Shown here: positions 21,401 through 30,830 of the stretch, in pieces
How the letters are laid out: each line of letters begins with the position of its first letter
How positions within the stretch are numbered: position 1 is the stretch's first letter
Assembly (NCBI GenBank): GCA_048938105.1
Contig: JBHLMN010000004.1
Location: forward strand, 224,001-288,000
Direction of reading: 5' to 3'
Source of the DNA: Promethearchaeota archaeon
Lineage (GTDB): Archaea > Asgardarchaeota > Heimdallarchaeia > Hodarchaeales > Hodarchaeaceae
DNA length: 64,000 bases
Position numbers and translations under genes: made by a program
The notes under the pieces: model-generated
What the model saw: the letters and a program-made list of their open reading frames with translations, nothing else
Database searches by the model: none
Told to the model about the DNA's origin: nothing

Positions 21401-21659
21401 TATCGTACTTGCCATCTGAATCATTATCGTATTCATCGTACCAACTCGACCAAGAAAAGTCGACAGTTGTGGTTTCAGTAATAGATACTTCGTTTGAAGA
21501 TTGTTGAGATTCTATTTCTGCGTTTGATATTTGAGATTGATCCGCTAGAGGTTTTACATTGTCTGATCCAGTAACTAAAGAATTGAATGGCATAAGTATA
21601 CCCAAACAAAGAATTATTAAAATCAAAGAAGAAATATAATTCCATTTTCGAATCAACAT
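18480..21659 (-). CDS. Paralogous 8-repeat Trp/Tyr-rich surface protein (copy B)
   Basis: Collinear with 14915-18118, same architecture. Confidence 0.85.
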   Translation of the reverse strand: MLIRKWNYISSLILIILCLGILMPFNSLVTGSDNVKPLADQSQISNAEIESQQSSNEVSITETTTVDFSWSSWYDEYDNDSDGKYDTIEIFYEFSDFTVTEWIEFRIEIEIYYWDQGWDYLDGDYDWFEPYVKPGETYIWSYQWGAWYDGNYSFSITVYDYSIDKEVIEETITWNDASEFIYLNDWERWIVEYDRNGDYSNDTIYIWYFLNFTLSGWVDLQFRIEIYYWDMYWDYIDTEYEYFWEYVTAGEVYNMSFLWSAWYDGDYNFSIEIRSYDTDKMIIEDFVAWNDASSFSYFYDYNRWVDKSDKDGDGCEDTILIEYSLNFSCSTQVELEMWIEIYYWDGYWTQVDSEYEYFWVDVSAGEVYNVSLQWSAWNDGDYNFSIIIRDEYSERVLIEEWVVWTGACVFTLLDSWTSWTMEHDDDNDGCDDTFELGYEFKFSYTGEVYIRIRVEIEYWENGDWDWIDDYYDYIDEDVTSGDQHTWVFRWQAWYSGKYKFNVEAEERNYDIPLIEESFEWYADCAYNPIKDWDRWYIESDKDTDGYDDTIEIGFDILFSITGSMTLHLRARIKYWDTDYNEWSYLESYYDAFTGEVTTDIWYYISFEWSAWQDGDYEIEIEIYGESRGNFIEDTIQWNNAYTFEALDSWESWIKEYDEDNDGCNDTIEIGYDIRFTFSGEAQLSLFAEIRHWNEQQEYWEEITYYSQLFQKHVTAGDLETISFRWPASKDGDFKFEISIYDYTTYWHLIDETIEWYDACKYHLIKDWDMWYNEYDADTDGLTDTIEVGFDMTFSKSGPVFLLARLKVEYWDEEDQDWQEIYTYLYEFFSEDVQEGSWYSINISWSAIYTGDYNISVALADLSIYTSNIEVEECIEWTGVTAYQGVEFEWEPIHEDYYEDRPDSIDIGYEFLFSQSGSVDFDIRVIVLYLDYTTMKFDVKQIFWGSFKTDVIEGKWYGWVKKWDLTGTEGYQVYFFITIFDGRARILDDMVSLYAYAYEKPRQILPIETTSSTTTTTTTEEESSSTATSTPNITPGWTVAALLTILSSIVTIRRLKRKSS

Positions 21660-22068
21660 TTTTTTAGCTCTCCTTCTCTTTTACCTACTGAAATAGTCAA
21701 TAATGTGAGTAATAATAGTTAAATTGTTATTTAAAGTTAACTATTAGAATAAGCTCAGCTCAATTGGATTTAACCCTTATTCTTATTTTCTTTACTAGAG
21801 AAAAGAACAGTGGATTATATGAAGCCTCTAAATATTATAGTACGTTTTAAACACTGAAAAATATTGTCTAATAAGATATTCGGCGTTTTGAAATTGATTT
21901 ATAATACTTAAGATAATTTCCGTTATTTTATTTAGTGGATTCTGATCCTTCTTTAGCTAATAAAAATCCATCTTGCACTCTAGTGCTAACTTCTATACTT
22001 CATTAACATTGATTTCTGGATTTTCTCCTTCAATCCCAATTAGAGTAATAGAATTAGAGTTATTGACA

Positions 22069-23892
22069 TTACTTGACAATAACGCCGTCTTCCATAATAA
22101 TCTGCCTTTGAGCATATGCAGCGATATCTTCTTCGTGGGTTATGACGATAATAGTGGTCCTGGTTTCTTCATGGAATTTTTTGAGTAAATCCATAACTTG
22201 TTTCCCTGTAACTGAATCTAAATCTCCCGTAGGCTCATCAGCAAAGATAATTGAAGGGCGATTGGTGAGAGCACGAGCTATTGCTACACGTTGCATCTGG
22301 CCACCACTTAATTGTGCAGGGAACTGCTTTGCTTGTTGGTCAATACCCACTCCAACTAGTAAATCCTCTATACGTTTTTTAATTCCCTTAGTTAATCCTC
22401 CAGCTAGATCTGCTGGCAGACTAACATTCTCTCGTGTATCGAAATGAGGTAACAACGCATAACTTTGAAAGATAAATCCCATCGACCTCAAACGTAATTC
22501 AGATTTTTCAGAATCTTTGAGTCGATGGAGATCTTGCCCCCTAAAATAAACAGCACCATGATCAGGAGTATCAAGACTCGCCATACAATTTAGTAATGTC
22601 GTTTTCCCCGCACCTGAACTACCAACGATCGCAACAAATTCTCCTTCCTTGACATCAAGGTTCACTCCACGTACTGCGTAAACTGTGGTACGACCCAAAT
22701 TATAATTCTTAAATAGTCCTCTCACTGCAAGAATTACATCTTCGTCGATTCTCTCCTGTGCTGTGTCTGCATTAGTAAGTAATTGAGTATTAAAGCTAAA
22801 AAATGGGAGATCTGAACCAAAATAGTCTGACCAAATTTTCAACATTTCCGCTTCTACAAAAAGATCAATGCTCAATTCGCTCATTGAGGTCAATGCCTGC
22901 TTAAAATCTTTGACAGATTCCGCAGTTCTGACTCCATTTACTCCTTCATCAAGGTAATCTCGAATACATAACTGACATCGTTGAATTAATTCACCAACCT
23001 CTTGGAGTTTTGATTTCCCAGTCTGAATCTCTTCCGAAATTTGAGTAAGAGCTGTATTAAAGTCGAGAAAGTCACTTTTTAAATTGTATTGAGTCAAGGA
23101 CATATGCGGAATGTCGAATAGAATGAAAATACGATAAATTAAATTCTCTAACTCTTGGAGAGCACTTAATTTAGCTACTAGAATACGTAAAAAAAGCTCG
23201 AATTTTGATTGTAATTTCTGATCATTAGTTTTATAATGTTGTTTTAGGATTTCTTGTTCCAATTGCTTAAGAATAGCATTCATTTCGTCTAGCCGCTGAA
23301 TCGTTGGTTTTAAGAAAGTTACAAAGAAATTAGCTATAAGCATTTGATCAACTATATTACCAATATTCATTGGAACTTCTATTGTCTTACCAGTAAACAC
23401 AGGAAAATCGAAACCAGGTAAATAAAACCGATAATCTTGAGTCTCATTAATATCCCAAAGGATAATAAAGCTCTTTGTGCTAAGTTCACAAAAAATTTTT
23501 GGTAAATCTGTATTGATTTTCTTTAATTGGGAGTCAAACTTTTTAGGGAGACTCGAATCGATTTCTTTAATGAAATTCTTAACGATTTGAGATGTTTCAC
23601 GTAATTCCTGATTATCTGTTAAATACTCTCGATATCGTGCTTCAATATTCTTGTTGTATTTAGCAAATCGCTTGTAAATGCTTCCTTTTTCAATTTTTTC
23701 GATTAATTTTGGATTATAAGTCCCATTCTTCTTTTCAGCAGATACAAAAATAAATGTATTCAATTCTTGGCTTCTTATAGTCTCCCTACGAGTATGTAGG
23801 ATTTTTCTAAGATCTGATGCGACCTTCATACGTAATTCATTGTTAATGGATCTTAGGGGTTTATCAATTAAAGCAGCTGTATAGACTTTCAT
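22069..23892 (-). CDS. ABC ATPase (LolD-type) fused to a ~385-aa N-terminal helical domain
   Basis: C-terminal GSSGAGKT, LSGGQ, FADEPTGDLD; N-terminal part Leu/Glu/Lys-rich with no TM segment. Confidence 0.88.
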   Translation of the reverse strand: MKVYTAALIDKPLRSINNELRMKVASDLRKILHTRRETIRSQELNTFIFVSAEKKNGTYNPKLIEKIEKGSIYKRFAKYNKNIEARYREYLTDNQELRETSQIVKNFIKEIDSSLPKKFDSQLKKINTDLPKIFCELSTKSFIILWDINETQDYRFYLPGFDFPVFTGKTIEVPMNIGNIVDQMLIANFFVTFLKPTIQRLDEMNAILKQLEQEILKQHYKTNDQKLQSKFELFLRILVAKLSALQELENLIYRIFILFDIPHMSLTQYNLKSDFLDFNTALTQISEEIQTGKSKLQEVGELIQRCQLCIRDYLDEGVNGVRTAESVKDFKQALTSMSELSIDLFVEAEMLKIWSDYFGSDLPFFSFNTQLLTNADTAQERIDEDVILAVRGLFKNYNLGRTTVYAVRGVNLDVKEGEFVAIVGSSGAGKTTLLNCMASLDTPDHGAVYFRGQDLHRLKDSEKSELRLRSMGFIFQSYALLPHFDTRENVSLPADLAGGLTKGIKKRIEDLLVGVGIDQQAKQFPAQLSGGQMQRVAIARALTNRPSIIFADEPTGDLDSVTGKQVMDLLKKFHEETRTTIIVITHEEDIAAYAQRQIIMEDGVIVK

Positions 23893-23894
23893 GA

Positions 23895-24656
23895 TTAATC
23901 CTCCGAAAAAGGGCCATATTCAACATGTGATATCTTACCATCAAGCATATGAACAATATAATCACATTTCTCTGCGATCCAACGATTATGAGTAACAAGA
24001 ACGAATGTTTGGCGGTTAATTTTATTGATTCGTCGGAAGAGAGTCATCACTTCTGCACTGGTTGTAGAATCAAGGTCACCAGTGGGTTCATCCCCGAGTA
24101 TTATAGCTGGCTCGTTGATTAATGCTCTAGCGACAGCTACTCGCTGTTGTTGTCCTCCTGAGAGTTCTAAAGGATCATGGTACAATCTATCGCCCATTCC
24201 AAGGTCTCGTAAAAGCATCTTGGCTTGTTCTCTTGCAACAGCTGAATTTAATCCTTTTAGAAGTAATGGGGTCTCAACGTTTTCCACAGCGGTAAGAAAT
24301 GGGAATAAATTAAACAATTGAAAAATGAAACCAATATTATCTCTTCGAAAAGCCGTCATTTCACCATCTGATAGCTTATTCGTGTCTATATTATCTATAA
24401 TAATTTCTCCACCAGAATTTTTGTCCAAATGTCCAATCATATTCAACAGTGTGGTCTTACCACATCCTGAGGGTCCCATAATAGCCATCATGTCTCCCCT
24501 TTTAACGTCAAGGTCGATACCTCTGAGAGCATGGACTTCATTCGATTTGCTTTCATTGTATTTCTTATGTAATCCTCTTATTTGTAAGATGGGTTGTGAT
24601 TCGTCATAAATATGGAACTTAATACCATCAATAATCATATCTTCAACACGAGACAT
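23895..24656 (-). CDS. LolD/MacB-type ABC ATPase
   Basis: GPSGCGKT, LSGGQQQR, GDEPTGDLD. Confidence 0.95.
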   Translation of the reverse strand: MSRVEDMIIDGIKFHIYDESQPILQIRGLHKKYNESKSNEVHALRGIDLDVKRGDMMAIMGPSGCGKTTLLNMIGHLDKNSGGEIIIDNIDTNKLSDGEMTAFRRDNIGFIFQLFNLFPFLTAVENVETPLLLKGLNSAVAREQAKMLLRDLGMGDRLYHDPLELSGGQQQRVAVARALINEPAIILGDEPTGDLDSTTSAEVMTLFRRINKINRQTFVLVTHNRWIAEKCDYIVHMLDGKISHVEYGPFSED

Positions 24657-24671
24657 TTCTTTACCTCCAAA

Positions 24672-27600
24672 TCAACCTACATATCTTAAAGCTTCCGCTG
24701 CAGGTATCCTAGAAGCGACCCATCCTGGGATCGCTCCCGCAAGTAAGCCAATAAAGGTAATAAGGGACAAATAGGCACCAATTGTACCCCAGGGAATAAC
24801 TACAGGGACATCCATCATATTTGCAAAACCGACATTGATAAACAAGCCATTCACAACACCAATGATGAGGCCTATAATTCCAAGGACTAATAATTCTAAT
24901 AAGGCTGCTAACATCACTTGGAGTCGTGGAAAACCTATTGCCCGCATCATTCCGATTTCACGTTTCCTTTCCGCTACATTCCGTACAGAGATCACGGCCA
25001 TCCCAACAGCCCCAATAATAAGACCAAAATTCACATAAATTTGAAGAAAGTTAGTCATTTGTTCCATCATTTCAAGCTCTGCTTCCAACTTGGAATAAAG
25101 CGATGTGGCGGTTACTACAATGAATTCATCATTGATTAGTTTCCGATATCCCGACTTCTCAGTATTTGTGAACTCTTCAATCTTCCTCGCGATGTCCTCT
25201 ATTGCTGGGTCATCAATCGCATGACTTGTCTTAAGTAGGAAAGTGTCAAATTGATTTGGGGCTCTTGATGTTGGTGTTTTACCATCTGCTTCCCCAAAAA
25301 AATTCGTATATTTTGAAAATCGCCCAGGAATATAAATATTCCCCAATTGGCTTCCAAAACCATCACTTGAGAAGCCTTCTGCAAAACCAGAAGAAGAGAG
25401 AGGAAATCCACCTGCGCGGCTGCTATCGAGTTTCCCACCAATGGTAAACGGTTGATAAACTGGGAATCCATAAATTGAAGTGTTCATAGGAATCCAGATC
25501 TGCATCCCGATAGGTAGAATAAATGAATCTGTGAAAACTATAGGATTTGTAGTATTTAGTTTCTCTATTTCATCCAATTTTTGCGAGAAAAGTTCACTCA
25601 TTTGAGAGAAATCAAAATCAGATAAAGTTTCCAAATCAAAGGATATATTATAAGCTGTCATCTTGTACGATGGATCAAAAAAGGCATCCCAAGCTTCCTT
25701 AGATAGATCTAGCAGTTCTTCATCAGAATACTCTGCTCCTCCAGTAAATCCCATTCCAGATGATACCATATCTGGAGGTCGAACACCATCCGGATATCCT
25801 GTTAGATAAAAATCATATCTCCAATTGTCTTCTGAAGCATTTGTTGCTTCTCCACGGATTTGTTCAGGTCGTAATTCCCCAAAACCAATTGGTAGGAGAT
25901 GAGATTGTTTATTAAATCCTGGTGAATAAGGATCTTTTGTTGCAACGAACTTGGTATAATCAGTTGTTGTAGTAAAAGTTTTCATTCCAATTATGTCCGT
26001 TATACTGGTATCGAGCTTATATAATTCCTCTGTATATGATGTATTATCAAGAACTGCTTCGGGTTTACTCAAAGTAGCAATTAAATCAATACCACGTGAA
26101 TCCTCTTCAGATTGTCCTACGGTACTCCCAACGTTAGTTGCCACCAACGAAGCTACAGTAACATTCAATGTTAGGACAACTGCAAAAATTGCAAAAGTAA
26201 GTGTTGAACGTGTCTTATGAGACGAAATGAGTGCTGGAGCAACTTGCGCTACACCTTTAAGACCACTAATCTTAATCAAACTTCCCCTGAGAAACCGCAT
26301 CAATGGAGAAAGGTTCATTCCTACAATCAATACAGATCCTACAACTATTTCAATAATACTAATGATTAAAATATCCAATGCTTCTCCAGATAAGTCAGAT
26401 ATCCATCCTTCACCCATTGCAACAACGAACATAAATACTGGGATCAACCAGAGGACAATAGCACTAAGGTTGAAGGCTTTAGTGCGACTAATATATCGAG
26501 ATAAAATAATTCCAATACCTGAAAAGAAAAGTCCAGCTCCTAGGAGAATATTTTCCCATTCTTTAATGCTATCCCAACCAGCTGTTTCCCAAATATACTG
26601 TAGCTCTTTATTGAAGAAACCATTATTTAAGAGTATTATAGATCCTACAAAGGTTAGAAGTAACCCTACTAAAACCAAGTTACGACTAGATTTCTTTTGA
26701 AACATTATCTTGATCCCTCTCAGAGCTTCCACAATATTTACTCGGGAAGCTCGTAAGGCGGGAAGTAAACCTGTAATAATTCCCAGAACTACACCTACTA
26801 ATACAGAGAAGATAATAACATTCTGTTTAATTATAGGTTGGACACTAGCACTACCCGAACCAAAGAGGCTCACGAGATAGAGCGCAACTATTTGGCCAAA
26901 GAGTAATCCTCCGACAAGGCCAAGAATTCCTCCAATAATCCCCTGAAAAAGCGTTTCTATTAGCATAGAGTAAAATATTCCCCTTCGTTTCTCACCAACA
27001 GCTCTCATTACTCCTGTTTGGAACTCTCGATCCTCTACAGACATTAATTGTACATTTGTTATAAGAAGAACACCTGTGATAATGATCAGAAGGCCCAATA
27101 CATTTAGAAAAGCCGACATCATATTAAAAATCAAATCAATGATCGCAATATATTGCAAACGCGCGGAATCGATAGCATAGATAGATGTATTTTGTCCTTC
27201 AACTGTTCTTTGTGGTATTACGGCTTCTAAATCGTCAAACTGTTTTTGAAGAAAATCTTCCTTGATTGGAGTTTCAAAATGATCGGTTTGGAAAGTTATA
27301 AGGTAAGAACTAATGATATCCTTATTACGGAATATATCATTCAAACATACCCAATCTTGTAAGCCTTCTAGTGAAAAAAGCATACCCCGATATGAAGCGC
27401 CAATTCCAGGCCGTCTAGAATCAAAAATTCCTGTAATTGAGAGGTCTATCCTTACACTAGAAAAAAGGGGAATGAAAATAGGCATACCAGTGGTTGTGTT
27501 AATAATGGGAAATCCAGTGGTTGGATCTATCATCATGGTGAGTGTAAGGTTAGTAAATTCCGTTGTTAAATTAACAGGGAGCTTGGTGCTCTTATTGAGG

Positions 27601-28076
27601 CCTAAATCCTCGGCAAGAGAGCTCGATATTAAGATGCTAGTATTATCCTTTAATAGTTCGGGAATATCTAGTTTCTTATCTTCAGATCGCCAATTATAAA
27701 AAACTCCAAACTCAGAGGGATAATCAAGAGGGATACCAGCCATTTCAGCCATAGGTTCAAACTGAGAACCCACCATAGCTGGTCCATAAGATTTTAGTTC
27801 TGGCATAACTGCTAATTCATTTTCAACAAGAGAAGTAATATTCTCCTCGTCTGCTGTAGACAAATAATTCCCTGTACTATTTGTAACACGGATATCTACT
27901 TCCCCTTCCCTCACAAGGAGACTGGTGAGAAAAGCATTCTCTAGGGTGTCCGTTGTGATTTGGATACCCACCATCAAGGTGACTCCTAATGTGATTGCAA
28001 GAATTGCACTCAAATTTTTCGTTTTTCTACGAACCAATGCTCTCTTAGCGATTTTTAGACTAGCTATTAATCCCAT
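24672..28076 (-). CDS. FtsX/MacB-like ABC permease
   Basis: DREFQTGVMRAVG, ERKREIGMMRAIG, PALRASRVNIVEALR. Confidence 0.92.
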   Translation of the reverse strand: MGLIASLKIAKRALVRRKTKNLSAILAITLGVTLMVGIQITTDTLENAFLTSLLVREGEVDIRVTNSTGNYLSTADEENITSLVENELAVMPELKSYGPAMVGSQFEPMAEMAGIPLDYPSEFGVFYNWRSEDKKLDIPELLKDNTSILISSSLAEDLGLNKSTKLPVNLTTEFTNLTLTMMIDPTTGFPIINTTTGMPIFIPLFSSVRIDLSITGIFDSRRPGIGASYRGMLFSLEGLQDWVCLNDIFRNKDIISSYLITFQTDHFETPIKEDFLQKQFDDLEAVIPQRTVEGQNTSIYAIDSARLQYIAIIDLIFNMMSAFLNVLGLLIIITGVLLITNVQLMSVEDREFQTGVMRAVGEKRRGIFYSMLIETLFQGIIGGILGLVGGLLFGQIVALYLVSLFGSGSASVQPIIKQNVIIFSVLVGVVLGIITGLLPALRASRVNIVEALRGIKIMFQKKSSRNLVLVGLLLTFVGSIILLNNGFFNKELQYIWETAGWDSIKEWENILLGAGLFFSGIGIILSRYISRTKAFNLSAIVLWLIPVFMFVVAMGEGWISDLSGEALDILIISIIEIVVGSVLIVGMNLSPLMRFLRGSLIKISGLKGVAQVAPALISSHKTRSTLTFAIFAVVLTLNVTVASLVATNVGSTVGQSEEDSRGIDLIATLSKPEAVLDNTSYTEELYKLDTSITDIIGMKTFTTTTDYTKFVATKDPYSPGFNKQSHLLPIGFGELRPEQIRGEATNASEDNWRYDFYLTGYPDGVRPPDMVSSGMGFTGGAEYSDEELLDLSKEAWDAFFDPSYKMTAYNISFDLETLSDFDFSQMSELFSQKLDEIEKLNTTNPIVFTDSFILPIGMQIWIPMNTSIYGFPVYQPFTIGGKLDSSRAGGFPLSSSGFAEGFSSDGFGSQLGNIYIPGRFSKYTNFFGEADGKTPTSRAPNQFDTFLLKTSHAIDDPAIEDIARKIEEFTNTEKSGYRKLINDEFIVVTATSLYSKLEAELEMMEQMTNFLQIYVNFGLIIGAVGMAVISVRNVAERKREIGMMRAIGFPRLQVMLAALLELLVLGIIGLIIGVVNGLFINVGFANMMDVPVVIPWGTIGAYLSLITFIGLLAGAIPGWVASRIPAAEALRYVG

Positions 28077-28098
28077 AAAAACACCTATTACTGTATAA

Positions 28099-28773
28099 TC
28101 ATTTCTGTTGCATTACTTTTGTGCCAGCGACGAAATCTAATACCCTTTGTTTCCTACCTCGGGTCTTTTCTGATAATATCCCAAATAGAATATCAAAGGG
28201 GAGAAATGAGGTAAGAAAGGGAACTTTAGTGACATTTCTAATAAGTGATTGAGTCCAAGTGATCTTTATTCCGGACTCATCAACAACTATAAGCCCTAAA
28301 AGTCGTTTTCCAAGGGTAGAAGAATATGTTTTCTCCACAATAATGAAGTAGCATAATATAAACCCAGCTATTGGAAAGCCAACAAAGAGAAAACTAAAGG
28401 GGATTGCTAAAGTATGCCACCTTATTTCATCGATCTGAAAATCTACTAAAATTAGCTGTATGATAAAGTAAGTTGCAAATACAACCATTAAAGCTGCAGA
28501 ATCAATCAAAGAAGCAAGTACACGGATTCCCCATCCTGCAGGTTTAGTCCCCCAATCATGCGCAATACTTAGATTCTTTGCCACTTCAGTTGGAGATCCG
28601 AAGACAACAGATGGTGGTCTCTTTTCCGATCCCATGGCGTCTTGTACATCTTTTTTTAATTCCTCCAGTACGGGAACTTTTTCCTTCTCAGGGTACGGAA
28701 GTAATGTACTGATCTCTGTTACATAACCATCAATAGGATCTAATGCATGTTGATAAGGCATGTTATCTGTCAT
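28099..28773 (-). CDS. RDD family membrane protein with N-terminal HAAS-like domain
   Basis: FGSPTEVAK (HAAS-like); RVLASLID, TLGKRLLGL, QRVLDFVAGT (RDD). Confidence 0.85.
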   Translation of the reverse strand: MTDNMPYQHALDPIDGYVTEISTLLPYPEKEKVPVLEELKKDVQDAMGSEKRPPSVVFGSPTEVAKNLSIAHDWGTKPAGWGIRVLASLIDSAALMVVFATYFIIQLILVDFQIDEIRWHTLAIPFSFLFVGFPIAGFILCYFIIVEKTYSSTLGKRLLGLIVVDESGIKITWTQSLIRNVTKVPFLTSFLPFDILFGILSEKTRGRKQRVLDFVAGTKVMQQK

Positions 28774-29119
28774 CTCCTTTATTTCTATTAATTATGTCAA
28801 GCATTATCTCATTGAATTCTTTAAGCGATATTTCCAATTGTTTGAGAAAATTCTTCCCATTTTGAGTCAGCTTGTAGAATTTTCTTTTACTCTTATCGGT
28901 TTGACTGACGATTAATTTCTCCTTTTCAAGATCTGAAAGCATAGGATAGATATTGGAACCTGCAATAGAGATTTCTCCATTAGTTAATTCCAAAATCTTC
29001 TTTGTAAGAAGAAAGGCATAACTTCTTCCTATTTCAGCAAGTGTGAATAAGATTAGAGGTTTGGAAAATCCTTTCTTGTATTCTGTTTGCCATTTTGCAA
29101 GGTGAAGCTCGTCAGACAC
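28763..29119 (-). CDS. PadR family transcriptional regulator
   Basis: KKG...IYPMLSDLEKEKLI...RKFYKLTQNG. Confidence 0.9.
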   Translation of the reverse strand: MSDELHLAKWQTEYKKGFSKPLILFTLAEIGRSYAFLLTKKILELTNGEISIAGSNIYPMLSDLEKEKLIVSQTDKSKRKFYKLTQNGKNFLKQLEISLKEFNEIMLDIINRNKGDDR

Positions 29120-29137
29120 AAGTGATCATCTCTATCT

Positions 29138-29182
29138 ATAGCCAAATATATAAGTCAATATATAGGTTACTATATTGGCTAT
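29138..29182. promoter_or_regulatory. Imperfect inverted repeat upstream of padR; candidate operator
   Basis: ATAGCCAAATATA (29138-29150) versus TATATTGGCTAT (29171-29182), around an AT-rich core. Confidence 0.5.
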
Positions 29183-29490
29183 CGTACTTTTTTCCTTCCC
29201 GTTTGTGAAAGTCAATTTACCCTGACATAATCACATAAAGGAACCCATTAACTGTTTCCTCGCAGGAGGTGTTATTCTCGTTTATCTTAAAAAGGGTTCT
29301 TATTACGGAAATAGTAATTCTTTTAGAATTTCTTCTCATTTGAATATTCATTAACTTAGATTACTTATAAAGAACATTAAGAATTATTCCTAATTTGATG
29401 AATGGACTAATACTTTGTGTATTAATTCAAGGTCACTAAATACACATGAACCGCTGAAAGAAATAATTTTCAAAGGAAAAAAATGAATAG

Positions 29491-30333
29491 CTAATGGAGA
29501 AGTGGTCGAAGGGCTTGGTTGAGTTGCCATAGTTTGTTAGTAAGCACTTTGCGGATCTTACGAGGGAGACGTGGCAAAGGGTAGGAAGAGTACTCATGTA
29601 AGGTATCGCGCACAGCTTTAAGACAGATGGTGCGCACCCAGACCCCAGGTTTCTTGACATGCTGTGCTTTCTCGGTAGGGATAAAGGTTTTAGCAAGACG
29701 AAGGCAGGCTTGCTTCACTAAGAAGATTTGCTCTTTCGAACAGGCCGTAAGCACCAACTCCCGATTCCTGACCTGCACAACCGTAGAGAAAAGGGCAGAT
29801 TGGTGGGTTTGAGCACGAGTCTTAATCCACTGGTTACGCAAGACAGGAATAATGCGTAAGAGCTTGAGCTTCCAGGTACGGACATCGTTCTTGGTGAGGG
29901 AAACATTGAGGGAGGCATTAATCTCAGCGAGCGTGGAGTCGAGGAGAGTAAGCCCGCGAAAAGAGAGATAGAGCTCAATAAAGCCTAGAAAGGATCAGAC
30001 ACGGTGGGCATGGGTACGAATACCGAGATGGTTGGGGTCGATAGTCCGTAATATAGCGACGATCTCGAGCAACCACTTTGTATGAAAGAACTCACTGAGG
30101 AGGGAGGAAATGCGGATATTTTTTTGAAAGTGCTCGGTAAAACGGGTCGCGTCGTAGGTGATCTGATTGTGGAGGGTAGCCAAGCGAGTAAAATCATTGT
30201 GTGGATCTTTCGCACGCATGAGTGATCCAAGAAACCACATTTGATACTGTTCACAATTAATTCCCCAATCGTCCACATTGAGGGTGTCTCCAAACCGCGG
30301 TTGATTGGTGTCATCCTGTAAGTGAGAACCCAT
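29491..30333 (-). pseudogene. ~280-codon ORF with one in-frame TGA (29997-29995); divergent TFB/TFIIB-like cyclin-fold candidate
   Basis: ORFs 29995-30333 and 29491-29841 share a frame and are joined by open sequence SFLGFIELYLSFRGLTLLDSTLAEINASLNVSLTKNDVRTWKLKLLRIIP. Confidence 0.6.
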
Positions 30334-30690
30334 AACTCAAACTCTCTAACTATACCAAGTAGTCGAATTGATAAGAAACACATAATTGTGGAGACAAGGG
30401 TTAAATAAAAGTTTCAATCCTTATAAATTCCTTATAAAGAAAACCAAAGTTAAGGATAATTATCATATTCTTAGGCATGATATTATGGTTGAAAGAATAA
30501 TATCCAGCCTTGGCTAAAAGGAGGTCAATGACCAGTTAAACTTGATAAAGAGAAAGAAGAGAGGGAATGAGAGGGATCCAACGCTTCAGGAAGAACGATT
30601 TTCCGAGGGGAAAAACGGGGTGTATATAAACAAAATTGGGGTAGTATCCAGCAAAAGATGTGGGAAGCTTAATATTTTGATTGCCAACAC

Positions 30691-30793
30691 TGAAAAAGCT
30701 TATAAGATCGTTTAAGCCCCTCTCAATGGAAATTTACTTGAGGTTACGCTCATTAATTGGTTTGTAATTACGACTTGACTCAAGTAATATTTC
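30691..30793 (+). promoter_or_regulatory. BRE/TATA promoter followed by a 5'-leader hairpin
   Basis: GAAAAAGC-TTATAAG (30692-30706); GAAATTTACTTGAG (30729-42) pairs with CTCAAGTAA-T-ATTTC (30779-93); AGGAGGT RBS follows. Confidence 0.5.
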
Positions 30794-30830
30794 ATCAACA
30801 ACATCTATCTAGTAGGAGGTAAGGAAAAAT

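Larger units (their letters stand above)
14731..21760. repeat. Tandem segmental duplication, unit ~3.57 kb (about 14731-18300 and 18301-21760)
   Basis: 18301-18480 mirrors 14731-14915; upstream motif TTTAAAGTTAACTA.TAGAA at ~18213 and ~21730; block 15048-15458 identical to 18607-19017. Confidence 0.9.

Noticed and set aside
14915-21659. Diversity-generating retroelement (template/variable repeat pair)
   Set aside because: The long shared block is 100% identical, differences elsewhere are not confined to adenines, both copies are full genes, and no reverse transcriptase is in the window
29995-29997. Selenocysteine codon
   Set aside because: No redox-type Cys/Sec context, no SECIS-like hairpin recognised downstream, and Trp (TGG>TGA) fits equally well
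29436-30383. Transposase remnant or separate small ORFs (29436-29696, 29627-29812, 29718-29978, 29985-30383)
   Set aside because: No DDE/HUH motifs or terminal repeats; these are alternative-frame shadows of the single interrupted ORF
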